Part shown: in pieces, positions 29,657 through 39,583 of the stretch
How positions within the stretch are numbered: the first letter of the stretch is position 1
Layout of the letters: each line of letters begins with the position of its first letter
Source of the DNA: Chromatiales bacterium
GTDB lineage: Bacteria > Pseudomonadota > Gammaproteobacteria > UBA6429 > Thiohalophilaceae
Assembly: GCA_027076325.1 (NCBI GenBank)
Contig: JALTJZ010000059.1
Coordinates: 13,445 to 77,444, forward strand
Direction: 5' to 3'
DNA length: 64,000 nt
Program-made: the position numbers and the translations under genes
Notes under the pieces: model-generated
Databases searched by the model: none
What the model saw: only the letters and a program-made list of their open reading frames with translations
What the model was told of the DNA's origin: nothing

Positions 29657-31033
29657 ATGAAAATTATTATTTTAGGTGCCGGGCAAGTTGGTAGCTCACT
29701 GGCTGAAAATCTGGTTAGTGAAGACAACGACATCACCATTGTTGACACCAACGAAGCGCAATTACGCAACCTGCAGGATCGCCTCGACTTACGCACCGTG
29801 CACGGCCTTGCTTCACACCCGGATATTCTACGTAATGCCGGAGCCGAAGATGCCGACATGATGATCGCCGTCACTGACAGCGATGAAACCAATCTGGTTG
29901 CCTGCCAAATAGCTTACACGCTATTCCATACACCCACAAAAATTGCACGCATTCGTGGCATGGGCTACCTGAAAGAAAGTAAAAAACTGTTTACCCAGGA
30001 TGCCTTCCCGCTTGATGTATCCATTAGCCCTGAACAAATAATTACCGACAATATTTACCGTTTAATTAAACATCCCGGCTCATTGCAAGTACTCGACTTT
30101 GCTGAAGGCCAGGTGCAAATGGTCGGTGTAAAAGCCTATTATGGCGGCCCACTTGTTGGCCGCGAGCTGCGCGCGCTACGTGAACACATCCCCAATGTCG
30201 ATACCCGCGTTGCGGCTATTTATCGGCGCGGCCACGCTATCATTCCCGAAGGCCATACCGTTATTGAAGCTGACGATGAAGTCTTTTTTATTGCTGCCAC
30301 AAAAGATATTCGTGCCGTTATGAGTGAATTACGTCGGGTAGACAGCCCTTACAAACGTATTATGATCGTAGGCGGTGGTAATATTGGTCGCCGTGTTGCA
30401 GCTTCGCTTGAGCAGGATTACAGCGTTAAATTAATAGACCACAACCCTGCACGCAGCGAAGAAATTGCCAATGAACTGGATAACACACTCGTTATTCTGG
30501 GTGATGCGGCCGATGAAGAATTGTTACAGGAAGAAGGGATTGAAAAAGTTGATGTGTTTTGTGCCTTAACCAACGATGACGAAGCCAACATCCTTTCATC
30601 CATGCTGGCGAAAAGCATGGGTGCCCGCAAGGTAATGACCTTAATAAACCGCGCAGCCTACGTGGATCTGATTCAAAGTGGCGACATCGACATTGCGATT
30701 TCACCTCAGCAAGCCACTATCGGTAGCCTGTTAACGCATATTCGTCGCGGTGATGTAGTCAAGGTACATTCCGTACGTCGCGGTGCAGCAGAAGCCATTG
30801 AAGCAATCGCACACGGCGAGGAAAATTCATCTAAAGTTGTTGGCAGAGCCATTGAAGATATTAAACTGCCACCGGGCACTACCATTGGCGCCATTGTTCG
30901 TGGTAAAAAAGTTATCATTGCACACCATGACACCATTATCGAATCTGAAGATCACGTTATCCTGTTTCTGGTTGACAAAAAATTTATTCCTGTTGTCGAG
31001 CGCTTGTTCCAGGTCGGCATTACCTTTATTTGA
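29657..31033 (+). CDS. trkA: Trk potassium uptake system NAD-binding protein TrkA
   Basis: 458-aa ORF; duplicated RCK/NAD-binding modules ([16 protein letters not shown] and [14 protein letters not shown]). Confidence 0.95.
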   Translation: MKIIILGAGQVGSSLAENLVSEDNDITIVDTNEAQLRNLQDRLDLRTVHGLASHPDILRNAGAEDADMMIAVTDSDETNLVACQIAYTLFHTPTKIARIRGMGYLKESKKLFTQDAFPLDVSISPEQIITDNIYRLIKHPGSLQVLDFAEGQVQMVGVKAYYGGPLVGRELRALREHIPNVDTRVAAIYRRGHAIIPEGHTVIEADDEVFFIAATKDIRAVMSELRRVDSPYKRIMIVGGGNIGRRVAASLEQDYSVKLIDHNPARSEEIANELDNTLVILGDAADEELLQEEGIEKVDVFCALTNDDEANILSSMLAKSMGARKVMTLINRAAYVDLIQSGDIDIAISPQQATIGSLLTHIRRGDVVKVHSVRRGAAEAIEAIAHGEENSSKVVGRAIEDIKLPPGTTIGAIVRGKKVIIAHHDTIIESEDHVILFLVDKKFIPVVERLFQVGITFI

Positions 31034-31049
31034 AGATTAATAAAATACG

Positions 31050-32504
31050 ATGCAGTTTTTTGCAATACAACGAATTATTGGCTTATTACTGGTGATCTTC
31101 AGCATCACCCAACTACCTCCTGTTATCGTTTCTTTAATTTATAATGACGGGGCTCTAAATGCATTCCTCGCTACTTTCTTCGTTACCATTGCCACAGGCA
31201 CCTTTCTTTGGTTGCCCGTTTATAAATCGCGTAAAGAGTTGCGTTTACGTGATGGCTTTATTGTTGTGGTTGCCTTCTGGACGGTACTTGGGTTATTTGG
31301 TTCCTTACCGCTGATACTTTCAGAACACGTCACCATTTCAATTACCGATTCTATTTTTGAATCCATTTCCGGGCTAACCACCACTGGCGCCACTGTTATT
31401 ACCAATATTGAGTCACTGCCAAAGTCTATTCTCTATTATCGCCAGCAATTACAATGGCTCGGCGGTATGGGTATTGTTGTTTTGGCTGTGGCTATTATGC
31501 CTATGCTCGGCATTGGTGGTATGCAACTGTATCGTGCAGAAACACCGGGGCCAATGAAAGATAGTAAACTCACCCCTCGCTTAACTGAAACAGCCAAAGC
31601 CCTTTGGTATATCTACCTTACACTCACCATTCTTTGCGCACTCGGTTACTGGGCTGCGGGTATGACCGTTTTTGATGCTATTGCACACAGCTTTTCCACT
31701 GTATCCATTGGCGGCTTTTCTACACACGATAACAGCATGGCCTATTTTATAGACAAGCCTTTAATTGAAGTGACCGCGATTATTTTTATGTTTATTTCAG
31801 GTATTAACTTTGCCCTGCATTTTACCTCATGGCGAAGCCGAAGTATTAAAGCCTACTTGATGGATGCAGAATTTAAAACCTATCTTTCACTTATGTTAAT
31901 TACTATTGTAATCGCAACCAGCTATCTGTTTTATAAAAATCACTTCCCGACAACGAATCAAACTATTTTAAGTAGTGTTTTTCAGGTTGTGTCCATTGGC
32001 ACGACCACCGGTTTTACAACAGCGGAATACCATTTATGGCCCGGCTTCCTGCCCGTCATGTTGCTGTTCCTGAGTTTTGTGGGTGGCTGTGCAGGCTCCA
32101 CCGGTGGCGGTATGAAAGTTATCCGCTTTCTGCTCTTATTTAAACAGGGCAAGCGTGAAATTATGCGAGTAATTCATCCTAATGCCATGCTCACCATTAA
32201 AATAGGTGGCAAGCCCCTGCAAACCCGAGTTATCGAATCAGTATGGGGGTTTTTCTCTGTGTATGTTGCCATTTTCAGTATTATGCTGTTAATGTTGATG
32301 GCGCTGGGGCTGGATCAAGTAACGGCTTTTTCGGCCGTTGCCGCCTGCTTAAACAACCTCGGCCCCGGGTTAAACGAAGTCGGGCTTAACTACGCCAGTC
32401 TGGATGATGGCGCCAAGTGGATACTTTGCTTTGCGATGTTGTTAGGCCGTCTGGAAATATTTACCTTGTTAGTGCTATTAACACCTGCCTTCTGGAAACG
32501 TTAA
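31050..32504 (+). CDS. trkH: Trk potassium uptake system membrane protein TrkH
   Basis: 484-aa polytopic ORF; TrkH-type selectivity motifs (SGLTTTGATV, STVSIGGFSTH, IGTTTGFTT, NNLGPGL); follows trkA. Confidence 0.95.
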   Translation: MQFFAIQRIIGLLLVIFSITQLPPVIVSLIYNDGALNAFLATFFVTIATGTFLWLPVYKSRKELRLRDGFIVVVAFWTVLGLFGSLPLILSEHVTISITDSIFESISGLTTTGATVITNIESLPKSILYYRQQLQWLGGMGIVVLAVAIMPMLGIGGMQLYRAETPGPMKDSKLTPRLTETAKALWYIYLTLTILCALGYWAAGMTVFDAIAHSFSTVSIGGFSTHDNSMAYFIDKPLIEVTAIIFMFISGINFALHFTSWRSRSIKAYLMDAEFKTYLSLMLITIVIATSYLFYKNHFPTTNQTILSSVFQVVSIGTTTGFTTAEYHLWPGFLPVMLLFLSFVGGCAGSTGGGMKVIRFLLLFKQGKREIMRVIHPNAMLTIKIGGKPLQTRVIESVWGFFSVYVAIFSIMLLMLMALGLDQVTAFSAVAACLNNLGPGLNEVGLNYASLDDGAKWILCFAMLLGRLEIFTLLVLLTPAFWKR

Positions 32505-32619
32505 ATTTATTTTTCACAAGGGTTTCACTCTTTTTATGTCATCACCTGAACGGCTATTTTCTTAATAACTTACAGCCTCAAAAAATAATACCTGCCGCGG
32601 TAACGCGTAAGCATAAAGT

Positions 32620-32644
32620 AGGCGTACCATTGGTACGCCTTTTA
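32620..32644 (+). terminator. rho-independent terminator downstream of trkH (shared with the convergent lipoprotein gene)
   Basis: aggcgtacc-att-ggtacgcct stem-loop followed by ttta; lies between the convergent 3-prime ends at 32504 and 32664. Confidence 0.6.
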
Positions 32645-32663
32645 CTGCAACTAAATTTTAAAA

Positions 32664-33059
32664 TTATAAACCCGTTAACTGTGAATTAATCCGCTGTTCC
32701 AGGTTTTTAACCCAGTTATTGTAACTTCGGTGGATATTAGTACCATCGTATTTTAAACCAGCACTGTCTTTATAATTAATGCTATAGTTATTTTTATTAT
32801 ATTTAATTTCTACTTTCGCCATATGGTTACGTACAAAAATAGTACCAATAATTAAACCCGGCTTAACCGGCTTCATACCCCAACCGATGCTCTGACCTGC
32901 TTTTATAATTGCCTTCTTTACATCTTTTACCGTGTATTGACCCGAAGCCATCACGGGTGCCTCATTAACCTGACGTATTGGATTTGAGCGGCACCCGATA
33001 ATGGTAACCAGCAAAACAGCCAGAACGAGTGTTGAAACTTTCTTAAATGATATAGACAT
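32664..33059 (-). CDS. hypothetical lipoprotein
   Basis: 131-aa ORF; signal plus lipobox TIIGCRS; no family recognised. Confidence 0.65.
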   Translation of the reverse strand: MSISFKKVSTLVLAVLLVTIIGCRSNPIRQVNEAPVMASGQYTVKDVKKAIIKAGQSIGWGMKPVKPGLIIGTIFVRNHMAKVEIKYNKNNYSINYKDSAGLKYDGTNIHRSYNNWVKNLEQRINSQLTGL

Positions 33060-33234
33060 AATTTTTTTCCTTAAATATTCAAAGTTTTAATTTTATTCTC
33101 AGCCCTTTACCTTATAATAACGGCTAACACTTATAACCGTCAATTTCCAATAACTGTAGCGCATTTTTCTTTTAAAATGTAATAATAAAACTGACTTAAA
33201 TTTAACCAAAAATAACCCCTCAACGAGAACAAAC

Positions 33235-34644
33235 ATGCAAATTGCTATCGTTATTCCGGCTTTTAACGAGCAACACCGTATTGTGGATGTCACCACACGT
33301 GCCTTGCAACAAGCCGAACATATAATTGTTATTGACGATGGCTCAAGTGATCAAACACTAACACTATTACAGGATCTACAAAAAACGAACCGTCATCTGG
33401 TTGTGTTGGCAAATAACCAGAATAGGGGCAAAGCCGCTACTCTCTGGGCAGGCATGCAATACGCTGAAAAACTAGGGGTCGATGCGATCATCACACTGGA
33501 TGGCGACGGCCAGCATTGCCCCGAAGACATCCCCCGCTTTATACAAGCAGCCAGGCAACAGCCTCAGACCATTATTATTGGCGCCCGGCTAGCCGATAAA
33601 AGCGCAATACCGGCCAAGCGCTATTACGCAAACAAGTTTGCCAACTTCTGGCTGTCGTGGGCCGCCGGCTATGTAATTGATGACAGCCAGTCCGGTTTTC
33701 GCCTATACCCGAGTGAGCTTATCAGGAAATTAACCCCAGACATTCAACGCTCTAAAAGTTTTGTGTTTGAAAGTGAGGTGCTTATCAGCGCAGCCAAATT
33801 CGGCATTAGAAGCATCCCGATAAAAATTGAAGCTATTTACAATGCCGATGCACGCCCCTCTCATTTTCGTGGTGTTACCGATATACTTTTAATTACACGC
33901 ATGGTGGCCTGGTCACTCTTTAGACGCGGCATGTACCCGTTGGGCTTGTTCAATATCACCATTATGCATGCCCTTAAAGGCAGGCACAGCAAAACCATCG
34001 GAACAGATGGCATTGCCATGATGCTGCTTTCCATAGTGATTATTTTTTTAACCGCTGGCCTGAGTTATTTTTATTTTTTATACAAAACATTTAGCATGGC
34101 AAAAAATGCACCCAGCTATATTCGTGACACTGAAGTTTTATTATTACTCGGTATGCGTCTTAAAAAAAATAATATAACGAAGCTTTATAAACAACGTCTG
34201 GACAAGGCAGACGAACTGTTAAGTAGCCAACCCGACTTAAAAGTTATTATTCTAGGCGGCCTGACGGGCAATGCCAGTATTACCGAAGCACAGGCCGGTA
34301 AAAATTACTTAACAAATAAAAATATTTCTGCCGAACGCATTGTTACCGAACACCAGTCTCGTCATACACTCGAAAATTTAAAATCTGCCAAAGCACTTAT
34401 TAGTGAAATGGCGTTTACAAAAATAGCCTTGCTAACTAACCGCTTTCACTTGTACCGCGCATTAACATTGGCTCACGGTTTTAAACTTCACGCCAAACCC
34501 TGCGCTGCAGAAAATATATTTTCATATAAACTAAGCAATATAATAAAAATTTTAACCGAAGCATTTTTTAACCATTGGTATACGACTGGAAAAATCTATG
34601 CCTTTGCAACTAAAAACAAGCATATGATAAATCGTATTAGCTAA
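33235..34644 (+). CDS. fusion protein: polyprenyl-phosphate-type family 2 glycosyltransferase (DPM1/GtrB/ArnC-like), TM segments, DUF218 (ElyC/YdcF/SanA-like) domain
   Basis: GT2 motifs IVIPAFNE, IDDGSSD, LDGDGQH, QSGFRLY; hydrophobic ILLITRMVAWSLF and IAMMLLSIVIIFLTAGLSYFYFLY; DUF218 signature VIILGG...EHQSRHTLENL...LLTNRFHLYRAL. Confidence 0.88.
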   Translation: MQIAIVIPAFNEQHRIVDVTTRALQQAEHIIVIDDGSSDQTLTLLQDLQKTNRHLVVLANNQNRGKAATLWAGMQYAEKLGVDAIITLDGDGQHCPEDIPRFIQAARQQPQTIIIGARLADKSAIPAKRYYANKFANFWLSWAAGYVIDDSQSGFRLYPSELIRKLTPDIQRSKSFVFESEVLISAAKFGIRSIPIKIEAIYNADARPSHFRGVTDILLITRMVAWSLFRRGMYPLGLFNITIMHALKGRHSKTIGTDGIAMMLLSIVIIFLTAGLSYFYFLYKTFSMAKNAPSYIRDTEVLLLLGMRLKKNNITKLYKQRLDKADELLSSQPDLKVIILGGLTGNASITEAQAGKNYLTNKNISAERIVTEHQSRHTLENLKSAKALISEMAFTKIALLTNRFHLYRALTLAHGFKLHAKPCAAENIFSYKLSNIIKILTEAFFNHWYTTGKIYAFATKNKHMINRIS

Positions 34645-34679
34645 CTTGCTTTATAAATAGAGATTTAAGGGGGTCAACA

Positions 34680-36071
34680 ATGAATAATAATACAACTGCA
34701 ATGCAATCACCTTTTACGCAACAACAACTCGATGCCTTTCGTCGTCAGGGCGATCCGCTAGCAGATGAAGTCATTGATGCTTTTGCTTCTCAATACAGTG
34801 CCTCCATTCAGGAACTGGCAGAAAAACTTCAAAATATTATTAGAATGCCAACTGAAGAAGACATGCTCAGTATCATTAAGCGTGTTTTCCCTGATAGTGA
34901 AAATATTCAAAATGCACTTGAAAAATATTTTACCCAGGCCACCTTGCTGCCTGACTGGATTGATGCAGATAAATTAAAATTAGGCGGGCAGGTTTTTCAG
35001 GATCATTTATTTAGCGGCTTTATGGTGCTGGGTTGTTCCAGCTTACCTATTTGCTATGTATGCCGACCCGATGTAAAAGTTTTAAGTTTTACCCGGCGCT
35101 TAATAGATGATGCACCCAGGCGTCTGGTCGAAACGTCACAAATGGTAACCGATGTAATGAGTACCGGCGGCCTCACTATCAAGGGTGACCGGTTAGCCGG
35201 TAAAGGTGTACAGTCAATTTTAAAAATTCGCTTAATCCATGCCTCAATTCGCCACTTACTGCTACAAAAAGAGAAATTACTCGCTGCCCACCCACATGCA
35301 AACGACATCGACCCAAAAAATTTCCTGTTGGCCTATGTGTATGATTCAATTCAGGATCAATGTAACTGGTACGGTGACGCTAAACCGGACGCATGGGATG
35401 AAAAAAAAGATGGTGTTCCCATTAATAAAGAAGCGCTTGCCGAAACGCTGCTCACTTTCTCCTTTTTAATTTTACATGGTTTACAAAAAATTGGTGTGCG
35501 CCTCAACACAAAACAACAAAATGCATATTTACATAGCTGGAATATTGCTGGTTATATACTCGGTGTTGATGAAGAATTTTTAAAACATTTTAACAACTAC
35601 GAAAACACAGAAGTTATTTACAAACAAATTCTTGAGCGTCGTTTTGGTCAAACACAGGATGGTATTTTACTGCAACAATCCCTGTTAGATGTTTTTTCAG
35701 ACAATGCAAGCCGCTTAATTCCTTTTGGTCGTATATTACATGTGCGGCGTTTGGCAAGACTGGTTACTTCTAAATTAATATCTGAACAATGCTACGCAGC
35801 TCTCGGTTTAAAACTCAGCCTTTATGATAGATTTGTACGCATGTTTGTGTGGATGGGCGTTCGAACCTTTGGCTGGTTTGTCAATCATGGCTGGCTACGA
35901 CCTTTTGCCGATTACATGTTTGGCCGTATTGCACAATCTTTATGGGACTGGCGAGCCGATTTCCCCGAACAACAAACGAAACAAAACCATGACAAACATG
36001 GCGTTTGTAATCCGCTCATTATCCCGCACCACTTAATTAAAACAAGCCACTTATCAACTGCAACCGAATAA
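34680..36071 (+). CDS. DUF2236 / MpaB-Lcp oxygenase-family protein
   Basis: 463-aa ORF; N-terminal RRQGDPLADEVI and RLIHASIRHLL resemble DUF2236 hallmarks; 35 nt after the GT2::DUF218 gene. Confidence 0.7.
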   Translation: MNNNTTAMQSPFTQQQLDAFRRQGDPLADEVIDAFASQYSASIQELAEKLQNIIRMPTEEDMLSIIKRVFPDSENIQNALEKYFTQATLLPDWIDADKLKLGGQVFQDHLFSGFMVLGCSSLPICYVCRPDVKVLSFTRRLIDDAPRRLVETSQMVTDVMSTGGLTIKGDRLAGKGVQSILKIRLIHASIRHLLLQKEKLLAAHPHANDIDPKNFLLAYVYDSIQDQCNWYGDAKPDAWDEKKDGVPINKEALAETLLTFSFLILHGLQKIGVRLNTKQQNAYLHSWNIAGYILGVDEEFLKHFNNYENTEVIYKQILERRFGQTQDGILLQQSLLDVFSDNASRLIPFGRILHVRRLARLVTSKLISEQCYAALGLKLSLYDRFVRMFVWMGVRTFGWFVNHGWLRPFADYMFGRIAQSLWDWRADFPEQQTKQNHDKHGVCNPLIIPHHLIKTSHLSTATE

Positions 36072-37018
36072 TGAAGAAAACACTAAAAGAAAGTATACAA
36101 AAACAACGCGAGTCACTTGAAAAAAGCCTGGCCACACCACTGGCAAAAATAGCCTTTGCCTGTGAGTCTGTCTGGCCAGACAGAAAAGCGCTAGATGATG
36201 TATTATTAAAATTACTCGATACCATACCCAACTGTACCTTTTTATACGCACTGGATACCAACGGTGTACAAATCAGTGATAATATTTCCAAGTCCGGAAT
36301 ATTATCTGAACATTTTGGCCGTGATCGTTCCAGACGGCCCTATATGAATGAGCTTGTTCCCGTAAGTGGCTTTTTACTATCAGAAGCCTATATCAGTTTG
36401 CGTGTTGCCCGCCCGTCACTCACTGCGCTGCAAGTCGTACGCAAAGGCAATGAAGTGGTTGGCTTTATCGGTGCCGATTTCGATTTACGCAACCTGCCCG
36501 TTACTGCAGAAATGTATGAAGAACCCGCACAGTGGCGACAAATTAAAGGCGATGCCGCCATTCGTGGCACCTTATTTCAACAAACACGTGCAGAAAGTTT
36601 GCTTGACAAAGAAATCGATCAGGTCATGGCCATTTTGGAAGAACTTTGTGTTGCTCATGGTATGTTCCAGTTAGTACTTCATTTTTCCAGCAGTCGAGCC
36701 ACCATCTGGCTAATGAAAGACCCCTATCGTTATCACATATTACAGGCGGACGAACTAACCGATCCTGATATTTGCCTGGCTTACCCCATTCATGAATACC
36801 CAAAAGATGCCATCATACCAGCTAATGCAATCAAAACAATTCTGGACAACATGAAGCAACTCCGCTTTACCGATGAGAATATTTATTTACGCTCAGCCTC
36901 AATTAATATATTCAATGGTATGGTCAGCCTGACCTTCTCATGTGACGGTTCACACTATATGCCTTACAAGGAATTTATCGATAAAAATATCAGCTTTTGG
37001 GTCGGTAGTTCAGCTTAG
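36071..37018 (+). CDS. hypothetical soluble protein with a Cache/PDC-like N-terminal half (weak call)
   Basis: 315-aa ORF; start overlaps the upstream stop (TAATG); FLYALDTNGVQISDNISKSG...DRSRRPYM...GFLLSEAYIS resembles PDC sensor modules; no TM and no output domain. Confidence 0.7.
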   Translation: MKKTLKESIQKQRESLEKSLATPLAKIAFACESVWPDRKALDDVLLKLLDTIPNCTFLYALDTNGVQISDNISKSGILSEHFGRDRSRRPYMNELVPVSGFLLSEAYISLRVARPSLTALQVVRKGNEVVGFIGADFDLRNLPVTAEMYEEPAQWRQIKGDAAIRGTLFQQTRAESLLDKEIDQVMAILEELCVAHGMFQLVLHFSSSRATIWLMKDPYRYHILQADELTDPDICLAYPIHEYPKDAIIPANAIKTILDNMKQLRFTDENIYLRSASINIFNGMVSLTFSCDGSHYMPYKEFIDKNISFWVGSSA

Positions 37019-37147
37019 GCAAAGAGCCGAAGCTCACAAGAATAGCCCAGGGCTGTTGATCTTTGCCTCATTTATATACTTTGCAAAGCAACAAAGTGAC
37101 GGCGGCAATATCAAGTTGATAACGTTTAATCATAAGATTGCCGCGTT

Positions 37148-37177
37148 AACACTGAAAAACAGATATTTTTCAGTGTT
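37148..37177 (+). terminator. perfect 12-bp hairpin downstream of the three-gene operon (terminator candidate, no strong T tract)
   Basis: aacactgaaaaa (37148-37159) and tttttcagtgtt (37166-37177) around the 6-nt loop cagata; located between convergent operons. Confidence 0.4.
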
Positions 37178-37289
37178 TCCTCGCAAAGACAGGCAACACT
37201 AAATTTCGTGAGGCTCCCTCAGACTTTAAGAAAAATCTGCCACAAGCCACAGAAATAAAAACATATAATAACTTACCCACAGGTTGAGG

Positions 37290-38219
37290 TTAGTTTTTAT
37301 TGTAAACATCTGCTTCGCCGGCCGGGCGCGACTTGAAACGCCGATGTCCCCATAAATATTGGGCAGGGGTTTCTTTTATTTGTTGTTCAATAGCGTGATT
37401 GATGGCGGTTGAGTCTACAATATCGTTATCAGTTGGAAAATTTTCTATTGCTGGACTAAAATGAAGAACATAACCACTGTTATCGCTTAAACGTTCTGCA
37501 TAAAAGGGTACAACAAGCGCACCCGTAATTCGGGCAAGGCGTTGAGTAGAAATAAGTGTGCAGGTTGAAACACCCATAAAAGGTGCAAAAACCGAATCTT
37601 TTTCACCAAAATCCTGATCAGGTGAATACCATAGAATTTCCCCTTTTTTAAGGGCACGAATCATCTCGCGTACGCAAGTATGCTTCACCAGCTTAACATT
37701 ATTTTCACTGCGTTTTGTACGAATAAACCATTCAAATAAAGGGTTATGTGCGCGCTTATAAACAATATTAAGCAGCTCGGTATGTTTAGCTAGAAGCGTA
37801 CCGGCAATTTCCAGTGTAGTAAAATGACTGGCGAGTATAATCACACCATGATTTTGTGCCAATGCGGCATGGAGATGTTCGAGTCCTTCCGGCTTATGCA
37901 GTTGTACCAGCTTTGCGTGACTACCCCACCAGCTGAGCCCAATTTCAAAAACCGACATGCCAACAGATGCAAATGATTCTTTAACCCGCTGTTTTTGCTC
38001 TTCGGGACTGAGTTCAGGAAAACAAAGACGAATATTGGTTTTAACAATGTGTCGACGACGAGGCATTAAAATATAAGTTAAATTGCCAAGTTGGCGACCA
38101 AGCCACATTTGCAGCCTGTACGGTAAAACACTACAGGCTCGTAAAACAGCAAGCCCAAACCAGGTTGGCCAGTATTTGGGAGCCAGAAAAGAAGATAATT
38201 TTGCTGTTGCGTTGTGCAT
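37290..38219 (-). CDS. lipid A biosynthesis late acyltransferase (LpxL/LpxM/HtrB family)
   Basis: 309-aa ORF; N-terminal anchor; HtrB-family layout (ILASHFTTLEI, PDQDFG, VPFYAER); paralogue type not resolvable by eye. Confidence 0.85.
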   Translation of the reverse strand: MHNATAKLSSFLAPKYWPTWFGLAVLRACSVLPYRLQMWLGRQLGNLTYILMPRRRHIVKTNIRLCFPELSPEEQKQRVKESFASVGMSVFEIGLSWWGSHAKLVQLHKPEGLEHLHAALAQNHGVIILASHFTTLEIAGTLLAKHTELLNIVYKRAHNPLFEWFIRTKRSENNVKLVKHTCVREMIRALKKGEILWYSPDQDFGEKDSVFAPFMGVSTCTLISTQRLARITGALVVPFYAERLSDNSGYVLHFSPAIENFPTDNDIVDSTAINHAIEQQIKETPAQYLWGHRRFKSRPAGEADVYNKN

Positions 38220-38314
38220 CTATATATTAGTAGCGAGGCTGTCTTGTTATAATATTGATAATACCTCAGTTTGGGGCAAACATATATTAGCAGCAATAAA
38301 TTTGGGGGGGACAA

Positions 38315-38770
38315 ATGCAAATATGGGTTGATGCCGATGCCTGTCCAGTGGTGATAAAAGAAATTTTATTTAAGGCTGCGAATCGCACCAAAGTAGTCGT
38401 CACGTTGGTGGCAAACCGCCATATGCAAACACCCCCCTCGGCTTATATTAAAATGCTGCAGGTGGCATCGGGTTTTGATGTGGCCGATAACGAAATTGTT
38501 AAAAGAGTGACCGGCGGTGATTTAGTGATAACGGGCGATATCCCGCTGGCAGCCGAAGTGATTGAAAAAGGTGGCCACGCACTCAACCCACGAGGAGAGA
38601 TGTATACTACGGATAGCATTAAGCAACGCTTAAATATACGCGATTTTATGGATACCATGCGCGCTAGTGGAGTGAACACCGGCGGCCAGCCACCGCTTAG
38701 CCAGAGTGACCGACAGACGTTTGCCAACCATTTAGACCGATTTTTAGCAAAAAACTCACCGCACAACTAG
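38315..38770 (+). CDS. yaiI: YaiI/YqxD-family protein (UPF0178, DUF188)
   Basis: 151-aa ORF; typical N-terminus [22 protein letters not shown] and [18 protein letters not shown]. Confidence 0.85.
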   Translation: MQIWVDADACPVVIKEILFKAANRTKVVVTLVANRHMQTPPSAYIKMLQVASGFDVADNEIVKRVTGGDLVITGDIPLAAEVIEKGGHALNPRGEMYTTDSIKQRLNIRDFMDTMRASGVNTGGQPPLSQSDRQTFANHLDRFLAKNSPHN

Positions 38771-38917
38771 CTCATAAAGCCATAGGCATTAAAAATACCG
38801 TCTGTATGTATCCTAGAATGCAGTTCTGGTAACGTTTGGCAGATATACTAGACCCGTATTTCACGTAGATAAACAGGTATTATCTAAAAAATTAAAATAT
38901 AAACAGGAGAATATATA

Positions 38918-39130
38918 ATGTCTATCGAAAAAACTGTTTTTGCTTTTGCCGGTGTGATGGTGGTGTTAACCTCGTTACTCGCTCTATACCATAACCCACT
39001 ATGGAGCTGGGCAACGGTTTTTGTTGGGTTTAATATGTTTCAAAGTGTCTTTACGGGCATTTGCCCCCCTGGTTGGCTGATGAAAAAATTTGGCATGAAA
39101 TCTGAAGCCGAGCTTGCCGCCCAGAATTAA
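38918..39130 (+). CDS. DUF2892 small membrane protein (YgaP C-terminal-domain-like)
   Basis: 70-aa ORF with an AGGAG SD; two TM helices and the characteristic FVGFNMFQSVFTGICP segment. Confidence 0.75.
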   Translation: MSIEKTVFAFAGVMVVLTSLLALYHNPLWSWATVFVGFNMFQSVFTGICPPGWLMKKFGMKSEAELAAQN

Positions 39131-39172
39131 TTTGCACCCGTTTTAAGGTTTTTATATCTAATTAACCTTGTT

Positions 39173-39211
39173 AGTGGTTGTTACAAAGCATTTCTGTCTG
39201 TAACAACCACT
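39173..39211 (+). terminator. perfect 13-bp hairpin after the DUF2892 gene
   Basis: agtggttgttaca (39173-39185) and tgtaacaaccact (39199-39211) around a 13-nt loop; followed by gtattta (weak T tract). Confidence 0.4.
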
Positions 39212-39233
39212 GTATTTATAGCGAGATATTAAT

Positions 39234-39509
39234 ATGAAAAGCAGCCCGGAAAAATTATTAGAAAAACACCATGAAATGGTTCACTCTGAAAATGTAAAAG
39301 TGAATTCACATGTACAGCGCAAACAGGGTGACTGGATAATTAATTCATTAATGATTGAAGGTTGCAGTGTTCCTTTCAAATACAAGCGCCAGAAAACGTA
39401 TAAAGATTTGAAAGGGCGGCGTGTTAACTTAACTTATTACCCTGCAACTGAAGCAATTGGCGATCTTTCTTTTGAGATAATGAAGGTTGTCCGTATTAAA
39501 ATTGCTTAA
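39234..39509 (+). CDS. hypothetical 91-aa protein
   Basis: ORF with ATG start; basic, soluble; no family recognised. Confidence 0.45.
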   Translation: MKSSPEKLLEKHHEMVHSENVKVNSHVQRKQGDWIINSLMIEGCSVPFKYKRQKTYKDLKGRRVNLTYYPATEAIGDLSFEIMKVVRIKIA

Positions 39510-39583
39510 GTTTTATTGTTAGCAAGCAACAATCTCTGCGACAGTCGTGACTGACGTCTTAATGTAAGCATAAAATAAAAGTG

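Noticed and set aside
36942-37202. 86-aa + strand ORF running from the end of the PDC-like gene into the spacer
   Set aside because: It overlaps a supported gene out of frame, runs through the 12-bp hairpin, and has no SD or motif.
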